From contig LBTN01000005.1 of the NCBI GenBank assembly GCA_000992085.1, positions 4,999 through 68,998 on the forward strand: a DNA stretch of 64,000 nucleotides, read 5' to 3'. Within the stretch, counting starts at the first letter, position 1, and each line of letters opens with the position of its first letter. The notes below the pieces were generated by a model, which did no database searches, was not told where the DNA came from, and was given only the letters and a program-made list of their open reading frames with translations. Below, piece after piece: positions 47,801 to 57,251 of this stretch. Both the position numbers and the translations under genes were made by a program. Source of the stretch: Candidatus Magasanikbacteria bacterium GW2011_GWA2_37_8 (GTDB lineage: Bacteria; Patescibacteriota; Patescibacteriia; Magasanikbacterales; GWA2-37-8).

Positions 47801-49317
47801 CCAATTAATTCGGCAAATTTTTTCCGTTCAGAAAAATAAGAAACGCTTAATTGATAACTTTGATGACGATCTACTCGTTTTTCACTATTAGGGGTTAGAT
47901 TAGAATAAACACCAAGTTCAAGTAAAAGTATTTGCACCTCATGCAATAATTTTTCAGAAATTGAAGTAAGCACAACATCACCACAATTATGGCTTTCATC
48001 GTTACGTTGACGTACACAACCATCAGCTTGAAATAAACCGTGCAAAAATGCTGCCTTCTCTGCCACTGTACCAGACATAATGATTGTTGGTACTTGAGCT
48101 AAAGACGAATTATAATTTACTTGATATTCATTTACAAAAGTATCGGCCTCTTTAGAATTAAAATGCACCACCCGATACAAATCACTTACTTCTTTACGTA
48201 TAGTAACAGTATGATGACCAAAAATATTGTCCATCAAACGTACTGCTTCAACAAATTCGTCGTCATTAATAGTAATTATACCAAACATCGTAGTTTTTTG
48301 ATTACGACCATATTTACCATAAAAACCGTCACCTAATACCCAACCTGCCAATTCAGCCTTATCTATTTTTATTTGCTCAACTTGGTTTTTTTCTGCTTGT
48401 GGCAAAGAATACTGCTGTACTCTATTACCTAACAAATCTTTAAACTCACACCAATCATACTTCCCGCCGTCCTTAGCTCGCATATCTGCCGACCAAACCA
48501 AATGATCATCAGTAAAATCTAAATAATTACCATTTTTTAAAGTGGCACGATACAATTTTTTAATTCCATTATTTTTTACTGCCAAAACTTTAACAAATTT
48601 TTCACCATCAAAAATTTTAATGTCGGTTAAATTTTCTTCAACTACATCGCCTAAATTCAAAATTCCTTTTTCAGTAAATAATTTTGTATCATACCGGCCA
48701 CAAGCATGTGGTTGGGGGTGAGTATATGCATCAGTTGATTGGGTTAATACACCGGTGTTAGGATCAACATAATAGTGACCTTGAGCCGGGCCGTTAATTC
48801 CGTATGCCCATTGCAAACCAGTGTTAAACCATTGTGGTGAATTGGGCGCAGCCAATTGGCCAATAATCATATACACCAATTCGTCATAAAAAATTTCGGC
48901 GTCTTCGGCTGAAGCAAAATAACTATATTTTTCTCCCCAATAGCGCCAAGTGCCAGCCATACGATGAGCCACTTGTTTAATACTGTGTTCAGAACCCAAA
49001 ATTGGAGTACCGTCTTCTTTTAATTGTGGTGTACCATCGGCGTTGTATTGGGGCACACCCGCTTTACGAAAATATTTTTGCGCCAAAATATCAGTAGCCA
49101 CTTGCGACCAAGTTTTTGGCACTTCTACATCAAGCATTTCAAAAATTAATTTACCACTTGGTTCACGAATAACCGACGAACGCAATTCGTATTCAAACAA
49201 ATCATACGGACTTACACCACTTTTGGTAAAATATCTTTCAAAGTGTAGACCATTTTCTATATCGTATTTAAAATCATTATCTTTTACAAAAACTTTAGTG
49301 GCGGCAGCAGTATTCAT
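44851..49317 (-). CDS. nrdJ: Ribonucleoside-triphosphate/diphosphate reductase, adenosylcobalamin-dependent (class II), intein-containing
   Basis: Class II RNR extein motifs (..THPQPHA|C...|CFIQSVKDD.., C-terminal CPTCGH...CYKCLNCG zinc ribbon). 1488 aa including a 321-aa intein. Confidence 0.88.
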   Translation of the reverse strand: MNTAAATKVFVKDNDFKYDIENGLHFERYFTKSGVSPYDLFEYELRSSVIREPSGKLIFEMLDVEVPKTWSQVATDILAQKYFRKAGVPQYNADGTPQLKEDGTPILGSEHSIKQVAHRMAGTWRYWGEKYSYFASAEDAEIFYDELVYMIIGQLAAPNSPQWFNTGLQWAYGINGPAQGHYYVDPNTGVLTQSTDAYTHPQPHACGRYDTKLFTEKGILNLGDVVEENLTDIKIFDGEKFVKVLAVKNNGIKKLYRATLKNGNYLDFTDDHLVWSADMRAKDGGKYDWCEFKDLLGNRVQQYSLPQAEKNQVEQIKIDKAELAGWVLGDGFYGKYGRNQKTTMFGIITINDDEFVEAVRLMDNIFGHHTVTIRKEVSDLYRVVHFNSKEADTFVNEYQVNYNSSLAQVPTIIMSGTVAEKAAFLHGLFQADGCVRQRNDESHNCGDVVLTSISEKLLHEVQILLLELGVYSNLTPNSEKRVDRHQSYQLSVSYFSERKKFAELIGFVSEEKKNKLFCANGVVVHNCFIQSVKDDLVNEGGIMDLWVREARLFKYGSGTGTNFSNLRGSGEKLSGGGSSSGLMSWLRIGDRAAGAIKSGGTTRRAAKMVILNVDHPDIEEFIEWKVKEEKKVAALVAAGYDSAYESEAYQTVSGQNSNNSVRVMQEFLEAVENDGEWNLKWRTDGRSCKTLKARELWDKVAQAAWSCADPGLQFDTTINDWHTCPQSGRINASNPCSEYMFLDDTACNLASINLAHFYDSETMTFDVAGFKHATRTWTTVLEISILMAQFPSAAIAQGSYDFRSLGLGYANIGSVLMTAGIPYDSPEALAFAGSITALLNAESYVTSAEMARALGPFNKFAMNRADMLRVIRNHRRAAFNAKPDEYEGLAIPPLGIDPQYAPAYLLAAARESWNQALELGEKYGFRNAQNTCLAPTGTIGLLMDCSTTGVEPDFALVKFKKLAGGGYFKIVNEAVPVALKTLGYTETQITDMIDYLKGHGSLKGAPAITHESLKEKGLTDEDLAKLEKNLPTVFELPFAFNVWTMGEECLERLGFSSEQYNDSNFNLLTALGYNADAINAANEYVCGAMTIEGAPHLKKEHYAVFDTANKNGRKGQRYIHYLGHIRMMAAVQPFLSGAISKTINMPNSATVEDVKIAYMASWKLGLKSNALYRDGCKLSQPLSSKSKKAEDKVEKNQESGIKNQEEMSGAKGEVSVKLVNAGVEQNVPQEHAQTKYAHDGTVQGTQIYIHGEQRRMPYKRSGLTIKAKVGGQKVFLRTGEYPDGKLGEVFIDMYKEGAAFRSVLNLFAISISTGLQYGIPLEEYVDKFTFTRFEPSGMTDHPNIRSCTSVIDLVFRILGMEYLGRTDFVQVKPNGIQKNRAEQMAKMAAEMQGQTTLDLKEKDDDEIEKEKLILKETVDKDQMSLPNLPKTNDTIATKTTTAVVGSAADQQLSGMMGDAPPCPTCGHITIRNGSCYKCLNCGSTTGCS
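47740..48702 (-). mobile_element. Intein with a LAGLIDADG homing-endonuclease domain, inserted in nrdJ
   Basis: Begins with Cys immediately after QPHA and ends ..VVHN followed by extein Cys. Internal LAGWVLGDGFY and LHGLFQADGCV LAGLIDADG blocks. Confidence 0.8.
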
Positions 49318-49518
49318 AATATTAAAATTAGAAGTTTGAAAAAATTATCTTTTTAAGTATTAATACTATATGTTGTGTTGGAAAATATATTTAAGCACTA
49401 CATACAGTATTTATTTTAGTGCCTTAACATTATATCATACTTGGCAGTGCCCCACCAAATGGCTAGCTTTTTTGCCTAACTTAAGGGAAAAACCCATAAA
49501 AAAATAACTCATACTAAA

Positions 49519-49558
49519 TGAGTTATCCACAGCGCACCACAGGGGGTACACTGTTGGC
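49519..49558. repeat. 40-bp DnaA-box-containing repeat, copy 2
   Basis: AGTTATCCACAGCGCACCACAGGGGGTACACTGTTGGCAC. Same orientation as copy 1. Confidence 0.7.
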
Positions 49559-49591
49559 ACGTCGGGTGCACTGCTGACCCGCTTTTAAAAG

Positions 49592-50056
49592 TTATTCTAG
49601 GCCTAATTTCTGTAATAATGCTTGGGCTTGGGTTTTGGCGGCTGCTTCTAGTTCTATTTCACTGCCTTCAAAACCTTGTTCACGTAACTCTCGTGCTTCT
49701 TCCTGCTCTAAGGCAGACCGCAGATCAGTTAATTCCGACCGTAAACCAGCCAACTTTTTTTGAAGAGATTCTACTGTCTTTTTGTCCTGCTCTACTGCTG
49801 GAATACCATCATCAGATAATTGCAGTTGGGCACGAATTGCCTGCACAGCCTTAACCACCTGTTGCATATTGGCCAAAATATTTTGAATTTGCTGTTTAGT
49901 AGATTTGATTTCACGCGAAACCAACTCCACCCGCTCGCGAGCCGCTGCTTTTTTGTCTTCCACCGATTCTTTCTTTTCTCTAGCTTCAGCAGCCGCTTCA
50001 ACATTTTCTGCGCTTCGCCGTCTTAAATTTTCACTTTCATTTTCAAATAAATTCAT
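49592..50056 (-). CDS. Coiled-coil hypothetical protein
   Basis: 154 aa, E/K/A/Q-rich heptad pattern, no catalytic motif. Confidence 0.4.
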   Translation of the reverse strand: MNLFENESENLRRRSAENVEAAAEAREKKESVEDKKAAARERVELVSREIKSTKQQIQNILANMQQVVKAVQAIRAQLQLSDDGIPAVEQDKKTVESLQKKLAGLRSELTDLRSALEQEEARELREQGFEGSEIELEAAAKTQAQALLQKLGLE

Positions 50057-50136
50057 AGTAACATTATTATACCATCATTAATAATTTTGTTAAGTATGTT
50101 TACACCCAAACCTAAACAATATATAATACTAGCCAT

Positions 50137-51234
50137 ATGGAAGAAGAATTAATTGAAATTGAAGAACGGATTATTACCCCTCAAGCCGGAAACGAAGAGG
50201 CGGTTTTTGAAATTACTTTGCGCCCACAGCAGTTGGTAGATTTTGTTGGCCACGAAGAGGCGGTTTTTGAAATTACTTTGCGCCCACAGCAGTTGGTAGA
50301 TTTTGTTGGCCAAGAACAATTAAAACAAAATCTTAATATTGCTATCCAAGCAGCTACAAAACGCGGAGAATCTTTGGAGCATATTATGCTTTATGGTAAT
50401 CCAGGTTTGGGTAAAACTACATTGGCACATATTATCGCCCATGAAATGAATGCCAATATCAAAGTAACTTCTGGCCCAACTTTAGAAAAAGTTGGTGATC
50501 TGGCGGCAATATTATCTAACCTGCAAGAAGGCGACGTTTTGTTTATTGACGAAATTCATCGTTTAAATAAAACCATTGCCGAAGTTTTGTACCCTGCCCT
50601 CGAAGATTATGCACTAGATATTATTATTGGACAAGGCCCAGCCGCTCGTTCGATTCGCGTGCCGCTAGCCCATTTTACTTTAATTGGCGCTACCACCAAA
50701 TTAAGTTCGTTGCCAGGGCCACTACGTGATCGGTTTGGCCATGTATATCATTTAAATTTTTACGAACCAGAAGATATTGAAAAAATTATCAAACGTAATT
50801 CCAATATTTTAAAAGTAAATATCGAACCAGAAGCGCTAGCTTTAATTGCTTCGCGCGCCCGTCGCACCCCGCGCATTGCCAACCGACTTTTAAAACGTGT
50901 GCGCGATTATTCTGAAGTACATGGCAATGGTGGTATGGTTAATAAAAAAATTGCTGGCGAAGCCATGGCGCTACTGGCAATAGATGAATTTGGATTAGAC
51001 GAAATTGATCGACGATTATTAACAATTTTAATTGAAAAATTTGATGGCGGTCCAGCTGGTTTAAACACATTGGCTGCCGCTATTGCCGAAGAAATGGATA
51101 CTATCGAAACAATCTACGAACCGTTTTTGTTACAGATGGGATTTTTGGAACGCACCCCACGCGGTCGCAAAGCCACCAACGCTGCTTATAAACATCTGGG
51201 TTTTGATACCCCAAAAATTGCAACCCTTTTGTAA
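50137..51234 (+). CDS. ruvB: Holliday junction ATP-dependent DNA helicase RuvB
   Basis: Walker [15 protein letters not shown]+ sensor motifs and a winged-helix C-terminus. Carries an in-frame 60-bp tandem duplication at 50194-50313. Confidence 0.9.
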   Translation: MEEELIEIEERIITPQAGNEEAVFEITLRPQQLVDFVGHEEAVFEITLRPQQLVDFVGQEQLKQNLNIAIQAATKRGESLEHIMLYGNPGLGKTTLAHIIAHEMNANIKVTSGPTLEKVGDLAAILSNLQEGDVLFIDEIHRLNKTIAEVLYPALEDYALDIIIGQGPAARSIRVPLAHFTLIGATTKLSSLPGPLRDRFGHVYHLNFYEPEDIEKIIKRNSNILKVNIEPEALALIASRARRTPRIANRLLKRVRDYSEVHGNGGMVNKKIAGEAMALLAIDEFGLDEIDRRLLTILIEKFDGGPAGLNTLAAAIAEEMDTIETIYEPFLLQMGFLERTPRGRKATNAAYKHLGFDTPKIATLL

Positions 51235-51341
51235 AAATATTGAATTGTCACCCCGAGCGTAGTCGAAGGATCCCTCCGCTACGGTCGGGATGACAAGTGA
51301 TAATTAGAAATTAATTATTAGAAATTAGAAATTTTCATTAT

Positions 51342-51605
51342 ATGTCCATTCCACTTTATATCTTTCTCTTTATCTATTTTGCCTTTTTAATAATTTTTGT
51401 TTTTTTCTCAGTTGTTAATATAATACATATTATTCGCACTGGCTCCTTAACTTTTGCTAGTTTTATTATTACCACAATAATTGGTGCCATGACTATTTTT
51501 ACCTTATTTTTTACTTGGGCCTTACTTACTGGCACTAATTGGCAAACTCCGGTAAATATTTTAAACATCAATAACGCTAATGATGTTATAAACTTTAACG
51601 TCTAA
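51342..51605 (+). CDS. Small membrane protein
   Basis: 87 aa with two to three hydrophobic helices. Confidence 0.4.
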   Translation: MSIPLYIFLFIYFAFLIIFVFFSVVNIIHIIRTGSLTFASFIITTIIGAMTIFTLFFTWALLTGTNWQTPVNILNINNANDVINFNV

Positions 51606-51608
51606 TTT

Positions 51609-52145
51609 ATGCAAATAGACTCTGTAATACATCTTAAATCATACGAACAAATCAAACTTTTACTTCGCCGCCATGCTATTACTTTTTTACCATTGATAGG
51701 AATATTTATAATTTTATTACTAATGCCAATCGGCGTTTATTTTCTTATTAATGCAATCTTCCCCACATTCTTAACTAACACTATCACTTATACCCTAATG
51801 GTTCTTTTCGCCAGTATTTATTATCTTTCGATCTATCTTTTTTTCTATTCTTACTTTGTAACTTTTTATTTAGATTTGTGGATTATTACGAATGATCGTT
51901 TAGTTGATATCCGCCAAGTAACTTTGTTCGCTCGCACTATTGCCGAAATTGATTTATACCAAATTCAAGATATTAGTTCCGACGTAAGCGGATTTTTTCC
52001 ATCACTATTTAATTACGGCAACGTATCGATCCAAACCGCCGGTACTATTCCCAAATGTATTTTATACAACGTCCCCGACCCGCACCACATCCGCCAAGTA
52101 ATTTTGGAACTATCTGCCAAAGACAAAGATTACCATAATAAGTAA
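51609..52145 (+). CDS. Membrane protein with a bacterial PH domain (bPH_2/YdbT-like)
   Basis: Two N-terminal transmembrane helices, then ...DLYQIQDISSDVSGFFPSLFNYGNVSIQTAG... Confidence 0.55.
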   Translation: MQIDSVIHLKSYEQIKLLLRRHAITFLPLIGIFIILLLMPIGVYFLINAIFPTFLTNTITYTLMVLFASIYYLSIYLFFYSYFVTFYLDLWIITNDRLVDIRQVTLFARTIAEIDLYQIQDISSDVSGFFPSLFNYGNVSIQTAGTIPKCILYNVPDPHHIRQVILELSAKDKDYHNK

Positions 52146-52223
52146 ATACAAAAAAAACTCTTCGAATAATGAAGAGTTTTTTAAATCTAACTATCCGATA
52201 AATTCGGATAATTGAAGACTAGA

Positions 52224-54095
52224 CTAATAAATCTTCTCTACCTGCACTCCCGTATAATAATATTTAAGCAACTGGTCATACGTCCAGCCGTCTTTGTCGG
52301 CTCGAGCGGCAGCATCGGCGGCGCTCATACCTACACCGTGGCCAAACATACTTTGACCTTCGTCGTATTTACAATCTACTGGTTGTAACCATGGTTTATC
52401 GGTTCCGCCCCAAGCTTCGCTCCACAAACGCGTACGACCATCAGAATGGCCAAAATACGGGGTGGTAACAACCGTGCTGTTATAGGTAACCATTTCGCCA
52501 TAAGTGGCTTGTTCGGCTTGCACTACGCGTGGCATCAACACTTCCGAGTTATACCCTAAATACAATTGATCAACTGTAGTAGCATAAACATCAAAAGTGC
52601 GCTGACTGGCTGGCAAACCATTATTAATATTGTAATAAGCATAAGATCGAGCGGCCACCAAAATTGCTTTAATATATTCCATAGCGGCACCGCTGGAAGT
52701 TTCGCCAATGCCAGCGATATATTCATCTAGTGGTAATTCGTTAACAATATAGGGCATGCTACTTTTTGGTGAATAAACATATTCAAATGTACCTCGATAC
52801 ATATTAAAATTCTTTGCACCCTTCCAACTTACTTTGCGATCATAATTTACCAAAGTAAAATAATTTTGTGGGTCATACGGCACCAAACGAATTTTTTCGC
52901 CTTCGGTAAAATCCAGCCCCGCACCAAAAAATCCATATACACCATTGCTGTAATTTAACATTGCTTTAGTACCAGCAGGCAAATCTCCTTTTAAAACTTC
53001 ACCGCTATAAACTTTGTAAGGAAAAGAAGAAATAAATTCAACTTCATCGGTAGTTTTATACAAACCAATTCGAATAGTGGGTTCGTTAATTAAAACTCGA
53101 GCCGAAGAAAAAACAGTTTCTTGATAACCACTGGGTGCATCGCTAGTTACGGTAATCGGTAATTCCAAAGTACCGCCAACCAAAGTATGATTGTTGGCTG
53201 TTAATTGAAAACGGGCAATGTAGTTGCCTTGTTTAGCAGGCAAGCGAAAAAGATAAACCACTTCCAAAGGATCGCCTGGTTTAACAACACTGTCTCCTCC
53301 GGTAATTTTTTGAATTGATTGCCAAGATGGATCGGTAATATTTACTCGAGTAGTAGAATCACCGGTTGGCCGACTACCAGCTTCTTGCCATGAATAATTA
53401 TCCCAAGCAACCGTACCAGCATTTAAATAACGAACAATAAATTTTACTTGTTCACCACCACCCGCACTAATACTACGTGCCGAAAAAGCTACCAAGTTAG
53501 CATTGTATTCTTTGTTGACTAATTCTGATTCGTCTTGGCCATCTAAACCAGAATTTCCAATATTATCATCACTAACAGAAGTAACATTAACTTTTGGTTT
53601 GACAGCCACTGCTTTTACTTTTAAATAAAAATGGGTGCCAGCAATCCAAGTTTTGTTTTCGGATACTAAATAAAAATCCTCTTTATAATCGCCAATTTTT
53701 GTAGGCGCATACAAACGAATTTTTATTTCGGCAATTTGACCTGGTTTGGTTGTAGCCGAAATTTTGGCCGGCTGATCTTTGGCCAACCAATTTTTACCAG
53801 CCAACTTACTATTATGATAATTTGGATCGACTGTATAGGCAGAAACGTAATTCGGACCAACATTAGCCCAAACACTTTTACCAGTATTTTTAATTTTTAC
53901 TACCACATCTTTATATTCTCCCGCAGGAATTTCGATCGGATCAGACACTGTTTGACTAACATACTTTCCGCTGAATGTTTTATCTCGCGCCACTGGCTCT
54001 ACAAAACCAGCAGCCTTAACTGGTGGAACAAAAACAATAAAACAAAAAAATGTTACAAACAGTGTCAAAAATCTTTTTAACATAAACAAAAACAA
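52224..54095 (-). CDS. Secreted SpoIID/LytB-domain protein
   Basis: Signal peptide, a beta-rich repeat region, and a C-terminal SpoIID signature (..GHGVGMSAADAAARADKDGWTYDQLLKYYYTG). Confidence 0.7.
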   Translation of the reverse strand: MFLFMLKRFLTLFVTFFCFIVFVPPVKAAGFVEPVARDKTFSGKYVSQTVSDPIEIPAGEYKDVVVKIKNTGKSVWANVGPNYVSAYTVDPNYHNSKLAGKNWLAKDQPAKISATTKPGQIAEIKIRLYAPTKIGDYKEDFYLVSENKTWIAGTHFYLKVKAVAVKPKVNVTSVSDDNIGNSGLDGQDESELVNKEYNANLVAFSARSISAGGGEQVKFIVRYLNAGTVAWDNYSWQEAGSRPTGDSTTRVNITDPSWQSIQKITGGDSVVKPGDPLEVVYLFRLPAKQGNYIARFQLTANNHTLVGGTLELPITVTSDAPSGYQETVFSSARVLINEPTIRIGLYKTTDEVEFISSFPYKVYSGEVLKGDLPAGTKAMLNYSNGVYGFFGAGLDFTEGEKIRLVPYDPQNYFTLVNYDRKVSWKGAKNFNMYRGTFEYVYSPKSSMPYIVNELPLDEYIAGIGETSSGAAMEYIKAILVAARSYAYYNINNGLPASQRTFDVYATTVDQLYLGYNSEVLMPRVVQAEQATYGEMVTYNSTVVTTPYFGHSDGRTRLWSEAWGGTDKPWLQPVDCKYDEGQSMFGHGVGMSAADAAARADKDGWTYDQLLKYYYTGVQVEKIY

Positions 54096-54197
54096 TTAAT
54101 CAATTATCTGACTGTTTTAATTATACCATAAAATAATATGAAAAACACCGCCACCTTCACAAAATCACTTAATTAAGATAAAATATAGCTAATAAAT

Positions 54198-55625
54198 ATG
54201 TCTCTTACCAAAACAATTGCTCACAATACTTCAATCCAACTGGTTGGTAAAACTGTCAGCACGCTTTTGGGTATTATTGCGGTTATGATTATGACACGTA
54301 GTTTGGGGTTAGAAAAATTTGGTTGGTATGCTATGGCAGTTGGTTATTTGCAATTTGTGGGAATCTTAAGTGATTTTGGTTTTACTGTTACCACAGCCAA
54401 TATGTTGGCCGAGCCACAATTTGATAAACCAAAATTACTTAACGTGCTTTTTACTTGGCGGTTTATTACTGCTCTAATTTTCCAAGGGTTAGCGCCACTG
54501 GTTTTTCTTTTCTTTCCTTATCCAACACCAGTTAAAATTGCAGTGGCGATTACAGCTGTTTCCTTTTTTGTACAAGCCTTAAACCAAATTTTTACTGCCT
54601 ATTACCAAGTACAATTAAAAACCGTTATCACTATAACCGGCGAAGTGCTTGGTCGTCTAGCTTTGGTTGGCGGTGTGGCTTTAATTGCTTATTACCACGC
54701 GGGATTTTTACCAGTAATGATAACTATCACCATTGCCGCTATTATTTCCACAATTTATATGTGGAGTAAAATTACTGGCCTAAGATTTTCTTTAGATAAA
54801 ATTATTTCCAAGGCAATCTATACCAAAATCTGGCCGAACGCTGTGGCGGTTATTTTTAATTCTTTTTATCTTCAGGGTGATAGGGTGATACTGCCACTTT
54901 TTGTTTCGGCTACCGACGTTGGTTTATACAGTGCAGCTTATCGAGTATTAGACATTGTTGTCCAAATGGCGGCTATGATTATGGGCATAATGATGCCACT
55001 TATTACCTATGCTTGGTCGCGCAATTTAAAAACCGAATTTAAAATTCATTATCAAACTGCTTTAAACTTAACAGCTTTAATTTTATTACCAGTTTTGGCT
55101 GGTATGATAATATTAGCTAATCCGATTATGCTACTAGTAGGTGGAGCTGATTTTGTTTCCGCCGGAAAAATTTTAATCGTTTTAAGTTCAGCAATACTAG
55201 GAATTTGCTTTGGTATGGTGTTTGGCCACACTGCTTTGGGAATTGGCCGCCAACGTCAAGCATTGTGGATTTATGGTATTGATGCTGTTTTAAGTATTAT
55301 TGGCTATTTTATCTTTATCCCTCGATATGGAATTTATGGTGCCGGTGGTGTTACCATTTTTTCTGAATTATTTGCTGGTATTATGCTAGCCCTGTTAGTG
55401 CGCCATTATTCTGCCACCAAACTTAAATTTTTTACTTTTGGAAAAATTATTTTTGCCAGTGCTATTATGGCTGGATTAGTATACTTATTCCAACCATTAT
55501 CTCTAATCTGGTCAGTTTTAATTGGTGCAATTATCTACTCTGCTCTAGTTTTAATACTCAAAATTATTTCTTGGAATACTATTAAAGAAATCTTTGCTAA
55601 AAACAAATTGTCAACTGCCCTATAA
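54198..55625 (+). CDS. Polysaccharide biosynthesis / MOP-superfamily flippase (Wzx/PST-like)
   Basis: 475 aa with about 12-14 transmembrane segments and an N-terminus typical of the oligosaccharide flippase family. Confidence 0.6.
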   Translation: MSLTKTIAHNTSIQLVGKTVSTLLGIIAVMIMTRSLGLEKFGWYAMAVGYLQFVGILSDFGFTVTTANMLAEPQFDKPKLLNVLFTWRFITALIFQGLAPLVFLFFPYPTPVKIAVAITAVSFFVQALNQIFTAYYQVQLKTVITITGEVLGRLALVGGVALIAYYHAGFLPVMITITIAAIISTIYMWSKITGLRFSLDKIISKAIYTKIWPNAVAVIFNSFYLQGDRVILPLFVSATDVGLYSAAYRVLDIVVQMAAMIMGIMMPLITYAWSRNLKTEFKIHYQTALNLTALILLPVLAGMIILANPIMLLVGGADFVSAGKILIVLSSAILGICFGMVFGHTALGIGRQRQALWIYGIDAVLSIIGYFIFIPRYGIYGAGGVTIFSELFAGIMLALLVRHYSATKLKFFTFGKIIFASAIMAGLVYLFQPLSLIWSVLIGAIIYSALVLILKIISWNTIKEIFAKNKLSTAL

Positions 55626-55679
55626 TCTGCTAAAATACTATTACCAAATAACTACTTAACAATTTAGCAATTTAATTCT

Positions 55680-56726
55680 ATGGACTTTTCTAAAATTCGC
55701 AATTATCTTTTTTTAGGCTTACTTGGTATAGTAACAATCTCATTTTTATCATTACTTAAAAGTTTTGCCTACCCAATATTTTGGGCAGCAATAATCGCTG
55801 CACTATTTTATCCTTTATACAAATACATTAATACTAAAATCAATCATCCAAACTTTAGTACCCTTATCACTATGTTGGTTGTACTATTGGTAATCATTAT
55901 CCCACTCACAGTTATCGGCACCCTATTAATCAAACAATCACTAGAAGTTTACTTATCTTTTGACAACAATCAAATTAGCACCACCTTACATCAATCACTA
56001 GAATGGTTTAAAAGCAATCCATACACCACAAAATTACAAATTAATGAGGCGATGATAACCGAAAAATTTTCCGAAATTACCCGAACAATCACGAGTTATA
56101 TTTTTGTCACTGCTAAAAATCTCACTCAAGATTCTATTACCTTTTTTGCCATGTTCTTGATTATGTTTTATACCCTGTTCTTCTTTATCCGTGATGGCAA
56201 AAAATTGCTTCTTAAATTAATGTATATCTGCCCATTAGGAGATAAATACGAAAAAATGCTCTATAAAAAATTTACCACCACCACCCACTCTACTATCAAA
56301 GGCACTTTGTTGGTAGCCGCTCTTCAAGGCACGCTAGGCGGTTTGCTTTTCTGGATAACCGGTATTTCTGGAGCAGTAATTTGGGGAATTTTAATCGCTG
56401 TTGCCTCTCTAATACCCGCAATTGGCACAGCTATAATTTGGCTTCCTGCTGGGATCGTGATGTTACTTAGTGGTGGTATTTGGCAAGGATTAACTATCCT
56501 AATTTTTGGAGCACTAGTAATTAGTACCATCGATAACTTTCTCCGCCCAATTTTGGTGGGTAAAGACACCCAAATGCACCCATTGCTAATTTTATTTTCT
56601 ACTTTAGGTGGTTTAATCTTGTTTGGTATTTCCGGCTTTATGATCGGACCGATAATCGCCGCCCTTTTTATCTCTTTCTGGGAGATGTACGAGGAATATT
56701 ATAAAGATGATTTGGCACATAATTAA
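55680..56726 (+). CDS. AI-2E family transporter (UPF0118/PerM-like)
   Basis: 348 aa with 7-8 transmembrane segments and conserved ..PILVGKDTQMHPLLILFS.. region. Confidence 0.65.
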   Translation: MDFSKIRNYLFLGLLGIVTISFLSLLKSFAYPIFWAAIIAALFYPLYKYINTKINHPNFSTLITMLVVLLVIIIPLTVIGTLLIKQSLEVYLSFDNNQISTTLHQSLEWFKSNPYTTKLQINEAMITEKFSEITRTITSYIFVTAKNLTQDSITFFAMFLIMFYTLFFFIRDGKKLLLKLMYICPLGDKYEKMLYKKFTTTTHSTIKGTLLVAALQGTLGGLLFWITGISGAVIWGILIAVASLIPAIGTAIIWLPAGIVMLLSGGIWQGLTILIFGALVISTIDNFLRPILVGKDTQMHPLLILFSTLGGLILFGISGFMIGPIIAALFISFWEMYEEYYKDDLAHN

Positions 56727-56829
56727 GAATATTTATCAGACAAACACCGCCCTGTATAAAACAAGGCGGTGTTGACAAAAATAATCAAATGATATAAAAT
56801 ATTTTTACTAGAATTTAAATACCAAACAC

Positions 56830-56901
56830 GCGGGTGTAGTACAATGGTTCGTATACGTCCTTGCCAAGGATGAGATGGCGGTTCGATTCCGCTCACCCGC
56901 T
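56830..56901 (+). tRNA. tRNA-Gly (anticodon GCC)
   Basis: Acceptor GCGGGTG/CACCCGC, anticodon loop UUGCCAA, T-loop GGTTCGATTCC. Followed by a terminator hairpin at 56906-56938. Confidence 0.8.
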
Positions 56902-57065
56902 CAAAGAAACTTTTCTGATTAAATCAGGAAAGTTTTTTATTATATTCGGCATAAGGTACATAATATTCAAATGGTATTCTAAAAATAGATTGGACTAGTT
57001 TATGATTTTGTGGTTAAATTAAATTGGTATTGACTGAGGAAATATAATAGCCACGAGGAGGAATC

Positions 57066-57251
57066 GTGAAAATGCGCACTTTGCGTTTGATCCTTTTGCT
57101 GGGCATTCCGATAGTCTTGACTACAGGAGGTGCCTCCTACTTTTGCCTGAGCGGGATGCCCCAGGCATGGGCAATGCTGGCCCATGTGGCGGCATTTCTA
57201 GTTCTTTGGGCCGTTGCGATTCGGATATCAGGCCCAGGCCGCCGCAAGTAG
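57066..57251 (+). CDS. GC-rich small membrane protein (foreign cassette)
   Basis: GAGGAGG ribosome-binding site. 61 aa with two hydrophobic helices. About 60% GC. Lies about 160 bp downstream of tRNA-Gly. Confidence 0.4.
   Translation: MKMRTLRLILLLGIPIVLTTGGASYFCLSGMPQAWAMLAHVAAFLVLWAVAIRISGPGRRK

Noticed and set aside
41112-49560. Complete integrative element or prophage
   Set aside because: No integrase, recombinase, transposase or phage structural gene is present. Only tRNA adjacency, an HNH gene, an intein and the flanking repeat suggest mobility, so at best this is a degraded remnant.
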